Source: Polyangiales bacterium (lineage in GTDB: Bacteria > Myxococcota_A > Polyangia > Polyangiales > JADJQN01). From it: a stretch of DNA of 64,000 nt. Location of the stretch: the NCBI GenBank assembly GCA_964202905.1, contig CAXNJO010000006.1:320001-384000 (forward strand), given 5' to 3'. The stretch's first letter is position 1. The number at the start of each line of letters is the position of its first letter. Made by a program: the position numbers and the translations under genes. This document shows positions 18,407 through 28,312 of the stretch, in pieces. The notes beneath the pieces are model-generated. The model saw nothing but the letters and a program-made list of their open reading frames with translations, was not told where the DNA came from and did not search any database.

Positions 18407-20671
18407 TCAGGCCCGCTCGGGGAGGCGCAGGGCCACGCGCCGAATCAGGCGCGCCCCGGCCGGCAGCGCCCAGGCGTCGAGGGCGATCGCGGCCACCGCG
18501 ACCACGCCCGGCGCGAGCATGCCCGTCGCGCCGAGCCCGACGAGCGCCAGCCCGCCCACCGCGGCGAGGCCCGCGTCGCGGTACGCGGCCTGTCGCGCGG
18601 CGCGCGCGATCCAGAGCGCAGCGGCCGCGTCGCGCACGTCCTCGGTGACGAGCGCCACCGCGCGCTCGCCTGCGGGGCCGCCCGCGGCGCCGAGCACCAC
18701 GGGCACGTCGGCGGCGGCGAGCGCGGCGTCGTCGTGCAGCGGGCGCCCGATCGCGGCGACGGCGCCCCCGCTCTCGCGCAGGCGCTTGACCTCGGCGCCC
18801 CGCTCCTCGGGGACGAGCTGCGCCTTGATGTGATCGATACCGAGCCCGCGCGCGAGCGTCTCGACGGTGCCCCGGTGATCGCCCGAGAGCAGCACGACCT
18901 CGATGCCGAGGTCGACGAGGCGCTGCACGGCCGCGCGCGCGCCGGGGCGCAGCTCGTCTTCGAGCGAGAGCACCGCGCAGACGCGCCCGCCGAGCCCGAG
19001 AAACACGGCGGTGCGCCCGCGCGTCTCGGCCCGCGCCGCGTCGGCGTCGGCGACCGCGACGCTCACGCCCTCGTCGAGCAGCAGCTGTCGGCTGCCGAGC
19101 ACGAGGGCTTCGCCGCCCGGCGCGACCGCGGTGACGCCGCGGCCGGGCAGGTAGGTCGCGCGGCGCACGCTCTCGCGCGGGACGCCGCGCGCCTCGGCGA
19201 CGCGCTGGATCGCGCGGGCGATCGGGTGCGTCTCGGCGGCGGACTCGGCGGCCGCGGCGAGCGCGACGAACGCGTCCCCGTTCGAGCCGTCGAGCGCGTG
19301 GAGCTCGACGACCTCGGGGCGCCCGTCGGTGATCGTGCCGTGGCCGCAGAGCGCCGCGTACGCGACGCGCCCGGCGCGATCGAGCGCGCGCGCGCTCTGG
19401 AAGACAATGCCGCGCGCCCCCGCGATCGCAGCGGCCGCGACGAGCGGGGCTTCCGCCGCGCGGCGCACCGCGAGGAGCGGCGCGGCGAGCAGCACCGACG
19501 CCGCGGCGCCGAGCTGCGCGGTGAAGCCGCCCCCGCCCGCGAGCACCAGCCCGCTCGCCGCGAAGAGGATCGCGAGCGCGCCGCCCCAGCGCGTGACGAG
19601 CTCCGCGGCGCGCGCGATGGGCGCGGCGTCGCGCTCGGTGCCGCTCCCGAAGCGCGCGGGGCGCACGAGCCCGCGATCGGGGCCGACGCGCGTCGCGAGG
19701 AGCCGGACCGCGCCTTCGACGATGCGTGCGCCTGCGAGCAGGGGATCGCCCGCGACGCGGCGCACCGGCGTGCGCGCGCCCGGGTGCAGCAGCGCGAGCG
19801 CCTCGCCCGCCTTCACGACGCCATCGACCGCGACGACCTCGCCCTCGAGCGCGAGGACGTCCTCGCCGGTGCGGACGCTCTCGACCGCGACGTCGCGCTG
19901 CGCCCCCGCCCGCGTGAGCGCGCCCTCGTCGCCCGTCGGCACGCGGAGGCGGCTCGGCAGCGTCGCGCGGAGCGCGTCCACGGCCTCGGCCACCGGGCGT
20001 CGGGCCCACGCGTCGAGCCACGCGCGCGCGACCATCGCGCCGGCGGCGACCGCCGCGCCGACCAGCGGCCCGCGCGTCGGCTCCGGGCCGAGCGCCCCGA
20101 TGAGCGCCGCGAACGCCGCGAGCGCCGCACCCGAGGGCCCGAGCGCCCAGGCGAAGACGCCCGTCTCGCGCCGCGCGGGGTAGGAGCGCGTGAGCGCGGC
20201 GATCGACGCGACCCACGTCGCGCAGGCCGAGAGCGTCGCCGGGAGCGGGCTCCCGCCGAGCAGCCCGAGCGCGACGCCGAGGCCCGCGGCGCCGAGCCCG
20301 AGCCACGGCGCGGGCACGCTCAGCAGCGCTGGCCGCGCGAAGAGCCGCCCCGTCGCGGTGCTCGAGGCGTCGTCGAAGTGCACGCGCCCCGGCACGTGCG
20401 GCTCGTCGCGTCGCGGCGCGGCGACGGGGAGACCCCCGCGCAGCGGCGGCGCATCGCCCTCGTCGGCCGCGTGGGTGGGCCCCCGCTCGGCGCGCGCGCC
20501 GTCCACTGCGCCCCGGACCGCGCGCTCGAAGCCGCGGTCTCCGCGACGGAACCGCGCGCGACACGCCTCGCCGCAGAGAAAGCGGTATCCGTCGTCGAGC
20601 GCGAGCATCGCCCCGGCGCGCAGCGGCTCGAGCGCGGTCCCGCAGGCCGGGCAGGGGCGGAGCGGCAGCAT
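18407..20671 (-). CDS. Degenerate P1B-type ATPase-like membrane protein with N-terminal TRASH/YHS-like Cys motif
   Basis: CPACG..FLCGEAC, A-domain VAVDGVV, HP motif (ETHPIARAI), DELRP and LLSGD are present. DKTGT reads CGHGTIT and GDGxND reads GRPLHDD. Alternative start at 20707. Confidence 0.75.
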   Translation of the reverse strand: MLPLRPCPACGTALEPLRAGAMLALDDGYRFLCGEACRARFRRGDRGFERAVRGAVDGARAERGPTHAADEGDAPPLRGGLPVAAPRRDEPHVPGRVHFDDASSTATGRLFARPALLSVPAPWLGLGAAGLGVALGLLGGSPLPATLSACATWVASIAALTRSYPARRETGVFAWALGPSGAALAAFAALIGALGPEPTRGPLVGAAVAAGAMVARAWLDAWARRPVAEAVDALRATLPSRLRVPTGDEGALTRAGAQRDVAVESVRTGEDVLALEGEVVAVDGVVKAGEALALLHPGARTPVRRVAGDPLLAGARIVEGAVRLLATRVGPDRGLVRPARFGSGTERDAAPIARAAELVTRWGGALAILFAASGLVLAGGGGFTAQLGAAASVLLAAPLLAVRRAAEAPLVAAAAIAGARGIVFQSARALDRAGRVAYAALCGHGTITDGRPEVVELHALDGSNGDAFVALAAAAESAAETHPIARAIQRVAEARGVPRESVRRATYLPGRGVTAVAPGGEALVLGSRQLLLDEGVSVAVADADAARAETRGRTAVFLGLGGRVCAVLSLEDELRPGARAAVQRLVDLGIEVVLLSGDHRGTVETLARGLGIDHIKAQLVPEERGAEVKRLRESGGAVAAIGRPLHDDAALAAADVPVVLGAAGGPAGERAVALVTEDVRDAAAALWIARAARQAAYRDAGLAAVGGLALVGLGATGMLAPGVVAVAAIALDAWALPAGARLIRRVALRLPERA

Positions 20672-20916
20672 GGGGCGCGCAGCGGGCACGGCGTGGGCCG
20701 TGTACATCAAAGGCCTCGGCGAGTCACGCGAGGCCGCGAGCGGGCACGGCGCGGCCGATGGCGCGGCTCCGTCGCACTCGGCGCCGCGCGTGCGACGCGT
20801 GGCCCGTCGAACGCGTCCGCGCGATGCGCCACTGCGCGCGCAGGCGCCGCACCCGCGGAGCGCGGCGCACACGTCGAGCGCTGACGCGGCGCGCGCGAGC
20901 GTGCAGACTCGCGGCC

Positions 20917-23478
20917 ATGCTCCCCCCGCGCCGCCTCTCCCCGCCCTGTGCCCGCACGACGGGCCTCCCGCTCTGCGCGCTCGTCGCGCTCCTCGCCGCG
21001 GGCTGCGGTGACTGCGGCGGTGGTGGTGGTGGCAGCCCAGGCCCCGCGTGCGTGAGCACCGCGGACTGCGCGACCGGCGAGGTGTGCCGCGACGGGATGT
21101 GCGCGCCGCGGCCCGACGCCGGCGTGACCGACATGGGGCCGTTCCCGCCGGGTGACGCGGGCCCCGGCGAGGGCGGCACGCCCTGCACGCCGTGCGGGAC
21201 GGAGTGTTGCGCGGTCGGCGCGCTCTGCGTCGCCGGGACGAGCTGCGCCCCCGATCGCGGGCCGTGCGCGAGCACCGACGACTGCCCGGGCGACGACTAC
21301 TGCGAGCCGACGCTCGGCCGCTGCGTCCCGTACGAGCGCCCGCCCGCCGTCGATCGCGACCCGGCGTGCACGCGCCTCGTGCCGCCCGGTACCTTCTCGC
21401 CGACGGTCGAGTGTGCGTTCGACACCGCGCCTGCCGGGGACGCCTTCCCGGCGCATCTCCACGTGCTCTCGACGCCGATGGTCGTCGATTTCGGCATCGG
21501 GCGTGGGCCAGACGAGCCACGTCGACCGTCCATCGTTGCCGTCTTCGATGATGGTGTCGATGGGTCGAGCGAAGAGCCCACCGGCGTGATCCGCGTGCTC
21601 GACGGGCGCACCTGCACGCAGCAGGCGGAGCTCGGCAGCCTGCAGCTCGTCGCGCACAGCGCGCCGCCCGCGGTCGGCGATCTCGACGGCGACGGACGCC
21701 CGGAGATCGTCGCGTACAAGGCCGGCGGCGGGCTCGTCGCCTTCCGCTACGACGCGACCGCCGGCGCGTGGGGCGTGCTCTGGCGCGCGACACAGGCGGA
21801 CGGGACGACGCCACTTACCATCACCGGAGGCGGTTGGGCGGGGCCGTCGCTCTACGACCTCGACGACGACGGACGGCCCGAGGTGATGCGTGGCGGGCTG
21901 GTCGTCGACGCGGGCGGTCGGCTGCTCTTCGACGGCGCAGGCGTCGATCTCGCGTCGTATGGGCAGGGCACGTTCGCGGTCGTGGCGAACGTCGACGCGG
22001 ACGAGACGCCCGAGCTCGTCGCCGGGCACGGCGTCTGGCAGTGGAGCCGCGTGGACCGGCGCTGGGAGCGCGAGTCCTGGGGGACGACGCTGCAGGCGGT
22101 GGGGCACGTCGCGATCGCGGACTTCGGGGCGTATCCGGGCAGCGTCGCGTGGCCCGCGGATGCGCCCGAGGTCGCCGTGATCACGTCCGGGAGCGCGCGC
22201 GTGCAGACGCTCGACGGGACGGTGATCTTCGGCCCCGTCGCGCTCGTCGGCGGCGGCACCGGGGGGCCGCCGACCATCGGCGACTTCGACGGTGACGGCC
22301 TGCCGGAGCTCGCGAGCGCGGGCGGCTCGGCCTACAACGTCTTCGACCCGGACTGCACCGCCTCGCCCCGCGCGGGCGGGACGTGCGCGACGGGCAGCAC
22401 GACCGGCGTGCTCTGGTCGCGCCCCTCGCAGGACCAGTCGAGCAACGTCACCGGCTCGAGCATCTTCGACTTCGAGGGGGACGGCGTCTCGGAGGCCGTG
22501 TACGCCGACGAGTGCTTCGTGCGCGTCTACGACGGCCGCAGCGGCGACGTGCTCTTCTCGCAGTCCCACTCCTCGTGCACCTGGTACGAGAACCCCGTCG
22601 TCGCGGACGTCGACGGCGACTTCAACGCCGAGATCGTCATCGGCGCCAACTGGAACTGCCCGTCTCCGGGCTTCACCACGGGCCGCGACTGCCGGTCGTC
22701 CGGCATCGACGTCGGCGGGGTCGATCCGCTCTTCCCCGGCCTGCGCTGCCGCGAAGACGCCGAGTGCGTGAGCGGCCGCTGCGTCGAGGGCCTCTGCCGC
22801 TGCACGACGAGCGCCGAGTGCTGCGTCGGACCGGGCTGCGACAGCGCGGCCTTCGTGTGTGTGGCGCCGCCCGCCGGCACGCCCGGCGCGGGCGACACCT
22901 GCCGCGCGTCGCGGCCCGTCGGCGTGCGCGGCATCCGCGTCTTCGGCGACGCGGCCGACCGCTGGGTCCGCTCGCGGCCGGTGTGGAACCAGCACGCCTA
23001 CCACGTCACCAACGTGACCGAGGCGGGCGGGATCCCGCGCACCTCGGCCGTCGAGCGCAACTGGGCGACGCCCGGCCTCAACCACTTCCGCCAGAACGTG
23101 CAGGGCACCGCGATCCCAGGCGCGTCGCCGGACATCACCGCGCGCGCCGACGCCCTCGCGTGCGACGCCGGCGGCACCGCCGACATCCGCGCGGTCGTGT
23201 GCAACCGCGGCACCGACGACGTCAGCGACGGCGTGTCGGTCGCGTTCTACGCCGACGATCCCGCGGCCGGCGGCGTGCTCCTCTGCGAGGCGCGCACCGC
23301 GGGCGACCTGCGCCCGGGCGCGTGCGAGGTGGTCGGCTGCCCGTGGATGGACGCCCCGCGCGGCGCGCCCGGCGTCGACGTGTACGTGGTCGCCGACCCG
23401 CTCGGCGAGACCTTCGAGTGTCGCGAGTCGAACAACACCGTCGTCTACCGCGGCGTGTTCTGCGGCGTGCTCTTCTAG
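20917..23478 (+). CDS. Cys-rich FG-GAP/VCBS-repeat lipoprotein, paralog of 5242-7674
   Basis: Lipobox LAAGC. Shares motifs such as DFGIGRGPDEP, FDFEGDG..YADEC, WNQHAY and ECRESNN. Confidence 0.85.
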   Translation: MLPPRRLSPPCARTTGLPLCALVALLAAGCGDCGGGGGGSPGPACVSTADCATGEVCRDGMCAPRPDAGVTDMGPFPPGDAGPGEGGTPCTPCGTECCAVGALCVAGTSCAPDRGPCASTDDCPGDDYCEPTLGRCVPYERPPAVDRDPACTRLVPPGTFSPTVECAFDTAPAGDAFPAHLHVLSTPMVVDFGIGRGPDEPRRPSIVAVFDDGVDGSSEEPTGVIRVLDGRTCTQQAELGSLQLVAHSAPPAVGDLDGDGRPEIVAYKAGGGLVAFRYDATAGAWGVLWRATQADGTTPLTITGGGWAGPSLYDLDDDGRPEVMRGGLVVDAGGRLLFDGAGVDLASYGQGTFAVVANVDADETPELVAGHGVWQWSRVDRRWERESWGTTLQAVGHVAIADFGAYPGSVAWPADAPEVAVITSGSARVQTLDGTVIFGPVALVGGGTGGPPTIGDFDGDGLPELASAGGSAYNVFDPDCTASPRAGGTCATGSTTGVLWSRPSQDQSSNVTGSSIFDFEGDGVSEAVYADECFVRVYDGRSGDVLFSQSHSSCTWYENPVVADVDGDFNAEIVIGANWNCPSPGFTTGRDCRSSGIDVGGVDPLFPGLRCREDAECVSGRCVEGLCRCTTSAECCVGPGCDSAAFVCVAPPAGTPGAGDTCRASRPVGVRGIRVFGDAADRWVRSRPVWNQHAYHVTNVTEAGGIPRTSAVERNWATPGLNHFRQNVQGTAIPGASPDITARADALACDAGGTADIRAVVCNRGTDDVSDGVSVAFYADDPAAGGVLLCEARTAGDLRPGACEVVGCPWMDAPRGAPGVDVYVVADPLGETFECRESNNTVVYRGVFCGVLF

Positions 23479-23515
23479 GCGCTGCGCGCGCTCCGCGACG
23501 CGGGCGGGGGCCGCA

Positions 23516-23593
23516 CGCGCGGCGCTGAATGGCGATTCAGTCGCGGGGGCGCGCGGCGCTGAATGGCGATTCAGTCGCGGGGGCGCGCGGCGC
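23516..23593. repeat. Two exact 34-bp tandem repeats (plus a partial third) with a CTGAAT-ggcg-ATTCAG hairpin
   Basis: cgcgcggcgctgaatggcgattcagtcgcggggg at 23516 and 23550, between convergent genes. Confidence 0.9.
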
Positions 23594-23599
23594 GTCCCG

Positions 23600-25219
23600 T
23601 CACGGCGTGACGAAGACCCAGCTCCCCGGCCGGCGGCGGTCGGCGAACACGCCGTGCCACGAGGCCGGCAGCGTCGGCGTCGACCACGAGAAGAGCCAGC
23701 GCGCGTCGGCGGGCGCGAGGTTCACGCAGCCGTGACTGCGGACCTGCCCGAACGCGTTGTGCCAGAAGGCCCCGTGCAGCGCGAAGTTGCGGTCGAAGTA
23801 CATCGTCCAGGGCACGTCCTCGATGGAGTAGGCGCCGTCCGCCGAGGCCTCGTCGTCCATCGTGGTCGAGACGTGCTTCGACTGGATCTGGAAGAGGCCC
23901 GTCGGCGTCTCGTGCCCCTCCTTGCCCGTCGAGACGAGCGTCGTGAACACGGGCTCGTCGCCCTCGTACGCGACGAGCACCTGCGTCGAGAGCGTCACGT
24001 GGACCCAGCGATCGGTCTCGCGGACCTGCGCGGGGCGCGGGATGCGCGCGGCGAGGCGGACGCTCGGCTCGCGCACGAGCACGCCCTCGTCCGACACGAC
24101 GTAGCGCTTGTCCCGGCGCCAGAGATCGTCCTGCGCGACGACGAAGGGCGTGTGCCGATCGAGCGTGCCGTCGTCGACGAGCGCGCCCGTCGCCGGCTCG
24201 AGGTGCAGGCGGCGCACGCCGCTGCGGAAGACGAAGCCCATCGGCAGCCGCCAGCCGCCGCCGAGCACCACACCGCGCATCGCGGGCGGGGTCGCCATCA
24301 CGACCTCGTCGCGTTCGACGTAGCCGCCGCGCACCGTGCGGTAGAAGCTGCCCGTCTCGCCGTCCTCGCTGCGGTCGAGGCTCACGTAGAAGCCCTTGAG
24401 CATGCGCATCCGCAGGTAGTCGGGGAGCGCGTCCGCGGGGCTCGCGACCGCGTTGCCGACGACCTCCGCCTGACCGGGCGGAGGCGGCGCGACGACGGAG
24501 TCGGCCTGCACCGGCGCGTCGCTCCCGGGGGGCGTCGGGGCGGTGCCGGCGTCGGCGGCGGCCGCGAGCGCGGCGAGCCGATCGTCCTCGGCGCGGAGGG
24601 TCGACATCACGCGCCCCGCCGACGCCTGCTGATCACGCGTCGGGAGCGCCCAGAATTGCGGCACGTCGTCGCGCACCGTCTTGCCGTACGCGTAGGGCAG
24701 GGCGTCCTCGAGCGCGGGGGGCACCGGCGACGGCTCGAAGGTCTGCGGCGCGTCGCCGATCTGAAAGCCGTCGCCGCGGCACACGAAGCCGTCGCCGGGG
24801 AGCTCGTGCCAGCCGCCCGCGCAGCCGGTCCCGCGGATGGGGGCCTTCGCGCGGAAGGTCGCGCCCCGGCGCATGTAGCCGACGACGCGCGCGCGGCTCG
24901 AGGGCTCGGCGAACACCTGCGCGAGGAAGTGGTAGACGACGCCGTGGCGCGGCCACGCCTGCTCGAACGCCTCGCGCTCGGCGGCCTCCCGCGCGCGCGC
25001 CTCGGCCTCGAGATCGCGCGGGGGCGGCGCGGGCGGCGCGGGCGCGGGGCGCGGGGCGGGCGGCGTCGGCGGCGGGGTCGAGGCCGTCGGCGCAGGCGCG
25101 GGCGTCGGCACCGAGGCCTCCGGGGGCTCGTCGCGCGGGGCGTCCCCGTCGCAGGCGCCCGGCGCGAGCAGGAGCGCGGCGAGCGCGGCGGGTCGGAGCA
25201 GGCGTCGAGCGTGGGACAT
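23600..25219 (-). CDS. L,D-transpeptidase (YkuD family) lipoprotein
   Basis: VSTGK..TPTG and ALHGAFWH..SHGCVNL catalytic motif. N-terminal lipobox-like PGAC and Pro-rich linker. Confidence 0.92.
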   Translation of the reverse strand: MSHARRLLRPAALAALLLAPGACDGDAPRDEPPEASVPTPAPAPTASTPPPTPPAPRPAPAPPAPPPRDLEAEARAREAAEREAFEQAWPRHGVVYHFLAQVFAEPSSRARVVGYMRRGATFRAKAPIRGTGCAGGWHELPGDGFVCRGDGFQIGDAPQTFEPSPVPPALEDALPYAYGKTVRDDVPQFWALPTRDQQASAGRVMSTLRAEDDRLAALAAAADAGTAPTPPGSDAPVQADSVVAPPPPGQAEVVGNAVASPADALPDYLRMRMLKGFYVSLDRSEDGETGSFYRTVRGGYVERDEVVMATPPAMRGVVLGGGWRLPMGFVFRSGVRRLHLEPATGALVDDGTLDRHTPFVVAQDDLWRRDKRYVVSDEGVLVREPSVRLAARIPRPAQVRETDRWVHVTLSTQVLVAYEGDEPVFTTLVSTGKEGHETPTGLFQIQSKHVSTTMDDEASADGAYSIEDVPWTMYFDRNFALHGAFWHNAFGQVRSHGCVNLAPADARWLFSWSTPTLPASWHGVFADRRRPGSWVFVTP

Positions 25220-25388
25220 GGGCCTCCCCCGCGCATCGCACACGCCCGCGCGCGGCGTCCAGAAAGCGGCGCGGCGCCCGTGCCGGCGTCCAAAAAACAC
25301 GGCGCGTCGGCGGGCCGTCTCCCCCGCGCCGTGGAAGGAATTTGGTCCGCGCGCGGTGCGTCTGATACCTGCGCGCCGAGGCTCCGCC

Positions 25389-28295
25389 ATGGCATCCCCC
25401 CGCCCGCTCGCCCTCGTGCTCCTCCCGGCCCTCGTGCTCTGCGTCGCGTCGGTCGCGCGCGCGGACGCGCCCCCCGTCGCGGCCCTGCGCGCCCGACTCG
25501 CGACGCTCGAGGCGCGGCGCCCGGAGGGTGTCCCCGAGGGAGCGCTGACGAGCATCGGCTACATGGTCGACACCGCGGACCGCATCGAGAACCGCTTCGC
25601 GCCGCAGTCCGAGAGCTGGCGTCGTCGGGCCGCGGGCTTCCTCGAGCGCGCGGAGGCCGGGCACGACCCGTACCCCGAGCAGCGCGGGAAGATCGTCAGC
25701 CGCGCGTACGTCTCGCCGATCAGCCAGCGCCGGCAGGGCTACACGGTCTACGTGCCGCCCGGCTACGACCCGGCGCGCGCGTATCCGCTGATGATCGTGC
25801 TGCACGGCGGCTCCTCGAACGGGAACCTCTTTCTCGGCGTCGTGCTCGGCAACAACATGAGCTGGCTCGAGTACGACCGCTTCCTCTGGGACGACTTCGA
25901 GCCGAAGTGGACGCCCGACTGGATCGTCGTCGCGCCCGATGGCTACGGGCAGGTGCTCTGGCGCTGGATGGGCGAGCAGGACGTCCTCGACGTGCTCGCC
26001 GACGTCGAGAAGCACTACCGCATCGACCCCGAGCGCGTGCACCTCAACGGCGTCTCCAACGGCGGCCTCGGCACGCACAACATCGGCATGCGCCACGCGT
26101 GGCGCTTCGCGACGGTCATCCCGATGGCGGGTGCCCCGAGCTGGCAGCAGTACGTCGGGTCACGGCAGACGGCCGCGGATCGCGCGGTGCTCGCGTCGCT
26201 GAGCGGCATGCAGCTGCTCGAGAACGCGTGGAACACCGACTACCGATACCATCATGGACGAAGTGATCCGGGGCCGATGCGACCGGCCTTCGTCGAAGAG
26301 CTCGACGCCGAGGTCGCGCGCCTCGGCGTCCCCGCGCGCGGCACCTGGTACGACGCGGGCCACGACCTGCTCTACATCGTCCACCGTCACGGCCGCTTCT
26401 ACGAACAGCTCGCTTCGGTGCGCCGCAAGACGCGCCTGCCCGAAGTCACGCTCGTGAGCGGCGACTACCGGGCGGCGCGGCAGCACTGGCTCACGGTGAC
26501 GCGCATCGAGGACTACCCCGTCATCGCCCGCCTCCACGCGAAGGCCGAGGGCGACACGCTCACCATCGAGACGCGCGGCGCGCGCGCGTTCTCGCTCGAT
26601 CTGCGGGACGCGCCGCTCGCCGCGGGCGAGGGCGCGCGCATCGTCGTCGACGGCGTCGAGGCGTACCGCGGGCCCCGCGCGGCGCTCGGCCACGTCGTGC
26701 ACCTCGTGCGCGGCGAGGGCGGCTGGCGCACGGGATTTCCGCCGCGCGTCGAGGGCTTCGAGAAGCGGCCGGGCCTCTCGGGTCCGATCGCGGACGCCTT
26801 CTTCGGGCGCATGGTGCACGTCTACGGCACGCGCGTCCCCGAGAACGCCGCGCTCCTGCGGCGCGCCGCCGAGCGGGGCGCGCGCGGCTGGCCGCTGTGG
26901 CTGTGGAGCGTGAGCCAGGAGGTCGTCGCGGACACCGCCGTCGACGACGCGCTGATGCGCGGCGCGACGCTCGTGCTCTACGGCGGCCCCGGTGACAACG
27001 CGCTGCTCGAGCGCATGCAGGCGCAGCTGCCCATCCGGGTCGAGCCGGGCGCGGTCGTGCTCGGCACGCGCCGCTTCGTCGGCGACGACGTCGGCACGCG
27101 CTTCATCCACCCGAACCCGCTCGCGCCGGACCAGTACGTGATCGTGCAGGCGGGCGCGTCGGCGAAGGCCGCCGCGGCGGGCAACAACCTCCCCGATTTC
27201 CTCCCGGATTACGTCGTCTACGACGGCGCCGCGACGCGGGAGCGGCAGCGCCTCGTGATGCCGCGCGCAGGCACGCTCGCGCTCGGCTTCTTCGACGATC
27301 GCTGGGCGGTCCGGCCCGACGCGCTCACGGCGGCGGCGACGGGGCTCTCGGGGGCGGCGCGTGCGCCTGCGCGTGCGTCGGCCCCCTCCCGGCGGGGCGC
27401 GCCGGGCGTGTCGGGGGCGGACGCTCGTCCCACCGACACCCTCTCGGAAGGGGGTGACGATGGTCCGATGCCGCGCGGCCGCGGCGCGCTCCACACGCAG
27501 TTTCCGCTCGATCTGCGCGGCGAGCCCGTCGTCCCGCAGCTGCCCATCCCCGCGGCCCCGCCCGCGCCGCCGCGCCCCACGGACTTTCTCGCCGGCGCGA
27601 CGGATCCCGTGGGCCGCCTCGCCCGCGTCGTCGCGCGCCGCGTCGCGTCCTTCCAGAACTTCCGCGCCGACATCCCCGGCGCGACGTGGGCGACCGATCC
27701 CGCGCTCGTCTGGAAGTTCCGCCCCCGCGCCGCGTGCCACCCCGCGCTCCGCGAGGCGGGCGTGCCCTTCGTCCCCCTCGCGGACGAGGACGCGGCGCAC
27801 CTCACCACGCCGGTCCCCGCCCCGGTCGTGGTGCTCCCGCAGCCCATCGGCGGCGTGACCTTCGTCGCCACGCAGCGCAGCGACACCGATGGCGACGAGC
27901 GCCTCGTCCTCAGCTGCGAGCTCGCCGCGCGCCTCCCCGCGGTCGCGGCCGTCCTCGCGCGCCACGGCGTCACGCGCGTCGACGTGCTCTCCGCCTACCG
28001 CGATCACCCGCGCCCGAGCTTCCACACCTTCGGCCTCGCGCTCGACCTCTCGACGTTCACGACCGCGGCCGGCCGCCTGCGCGTCGCGACGGACTTCGCG
28101 GTCAGCCCCGCCCACGAGACCTGCGCCGCGCCGCCCCCCTCCGACGCACGCGCGCGCGCGCTCCAGCGCATCGCCTGCGACCTCGCGCAGAGCCGCCACG
28201 TCTCCACGGTGCTCACGCCGAACTACAACGCCGGCCACCGCGACCACTTCCACGTCGACGTGCGCCCCGACGACCCGCGCCTCTTCGTGCGCTGA
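25389..28295 (+). CDS. Secreted alpha/beta-hydrolase (esterase/peptidase) fused to an extensin-like (M15-fold) C-terminal domain
   Basis: Signal peptide, YPLMIVLHG, GEQDV, nucleophile GVSNGG. C-terminal SCELA, SFHTFGLALD and TPNYNAGHRDHFHVD. Confidence 0.75.
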   Translation: MASPRPLALVLLPALVLCVASVARADAPPVAALRARLATLEARRPEGVPEGALTSIGYMVDTADRIENRFAPQSESWRRRAAGFLERAEAGHDPYPEQRGKIVSRAYVSPISQRRQGYTVYVPPGYDPARAYPLMIVLHGGSSNGNLFLGVVLGNNMSWLEYDRFLWDDFEPKWTPDWIVVAPDGYGQVLWRWMGEQDVLDVLADVEKHYRIDPERVHLNGVSNGGLGTHNIGMRHAWRFATVIPMAGAPSWQQYVGSRQTAADRAVLASLSGMQLLENAWNTDYRYHHGRSDPGPMRPAFVEELDAEVARLGVPARGTWYDAGHDLLYIVHRHGRFYEQLASVRRKTRLPEVTLVSGDYRAARQHWLTVTRIEDYPVIARLHAKAEGDTLTIETRGARAFSLDLRDAPLAAGEGARIVVDGVEAYRGPRAALGHVVHLVRGEGGWRTGFPPRVEGFEKRPGLSGPIADAFFGRMVHVYGTRVPENAALLRRAAERGARGWPLWLWSVSQEVVADTAVDDALMRGATLVLYGGPGDNALLERMQAQLPIRVEPGAVVLGTRRFVGDDVGTRFIHPNPLAPDQYVIVQAGASAKAAAAGNNLPDFLPDYVVYDGAATRERQRLVMPRAGTLALGFFDDRWAVRPDALTAAATGLSGAARAPARASAPSRRGAPGVSGADARPTDTLSEGGDDGPMPRGRGALHTQFPLDLRGEPVVPQLPIPAAPPAPPRPTDFLAGATDPVGRLARVVARRVASFQNFRADIPGATWATDPALVWKFRPRAACHPALREAGVPFVPLADEDAAHLTTPVPAPVVVLPQPIGGVTFVATQRSDTDGDERLVLSCELAARLPAVAAVLARHGVTRVDVLSAYRDHPRPSFHTFGLALDLSTFTTAAGRLRVATDFAVSPAHETCAAPPPSDARARALQRIACDLAQSRHVSTVLTPNYNAGHRDHFHVDVRPDDPRLFVR

Positions 28296-28312
28296 CGGCG
28301 CGTGTCGTCCGT

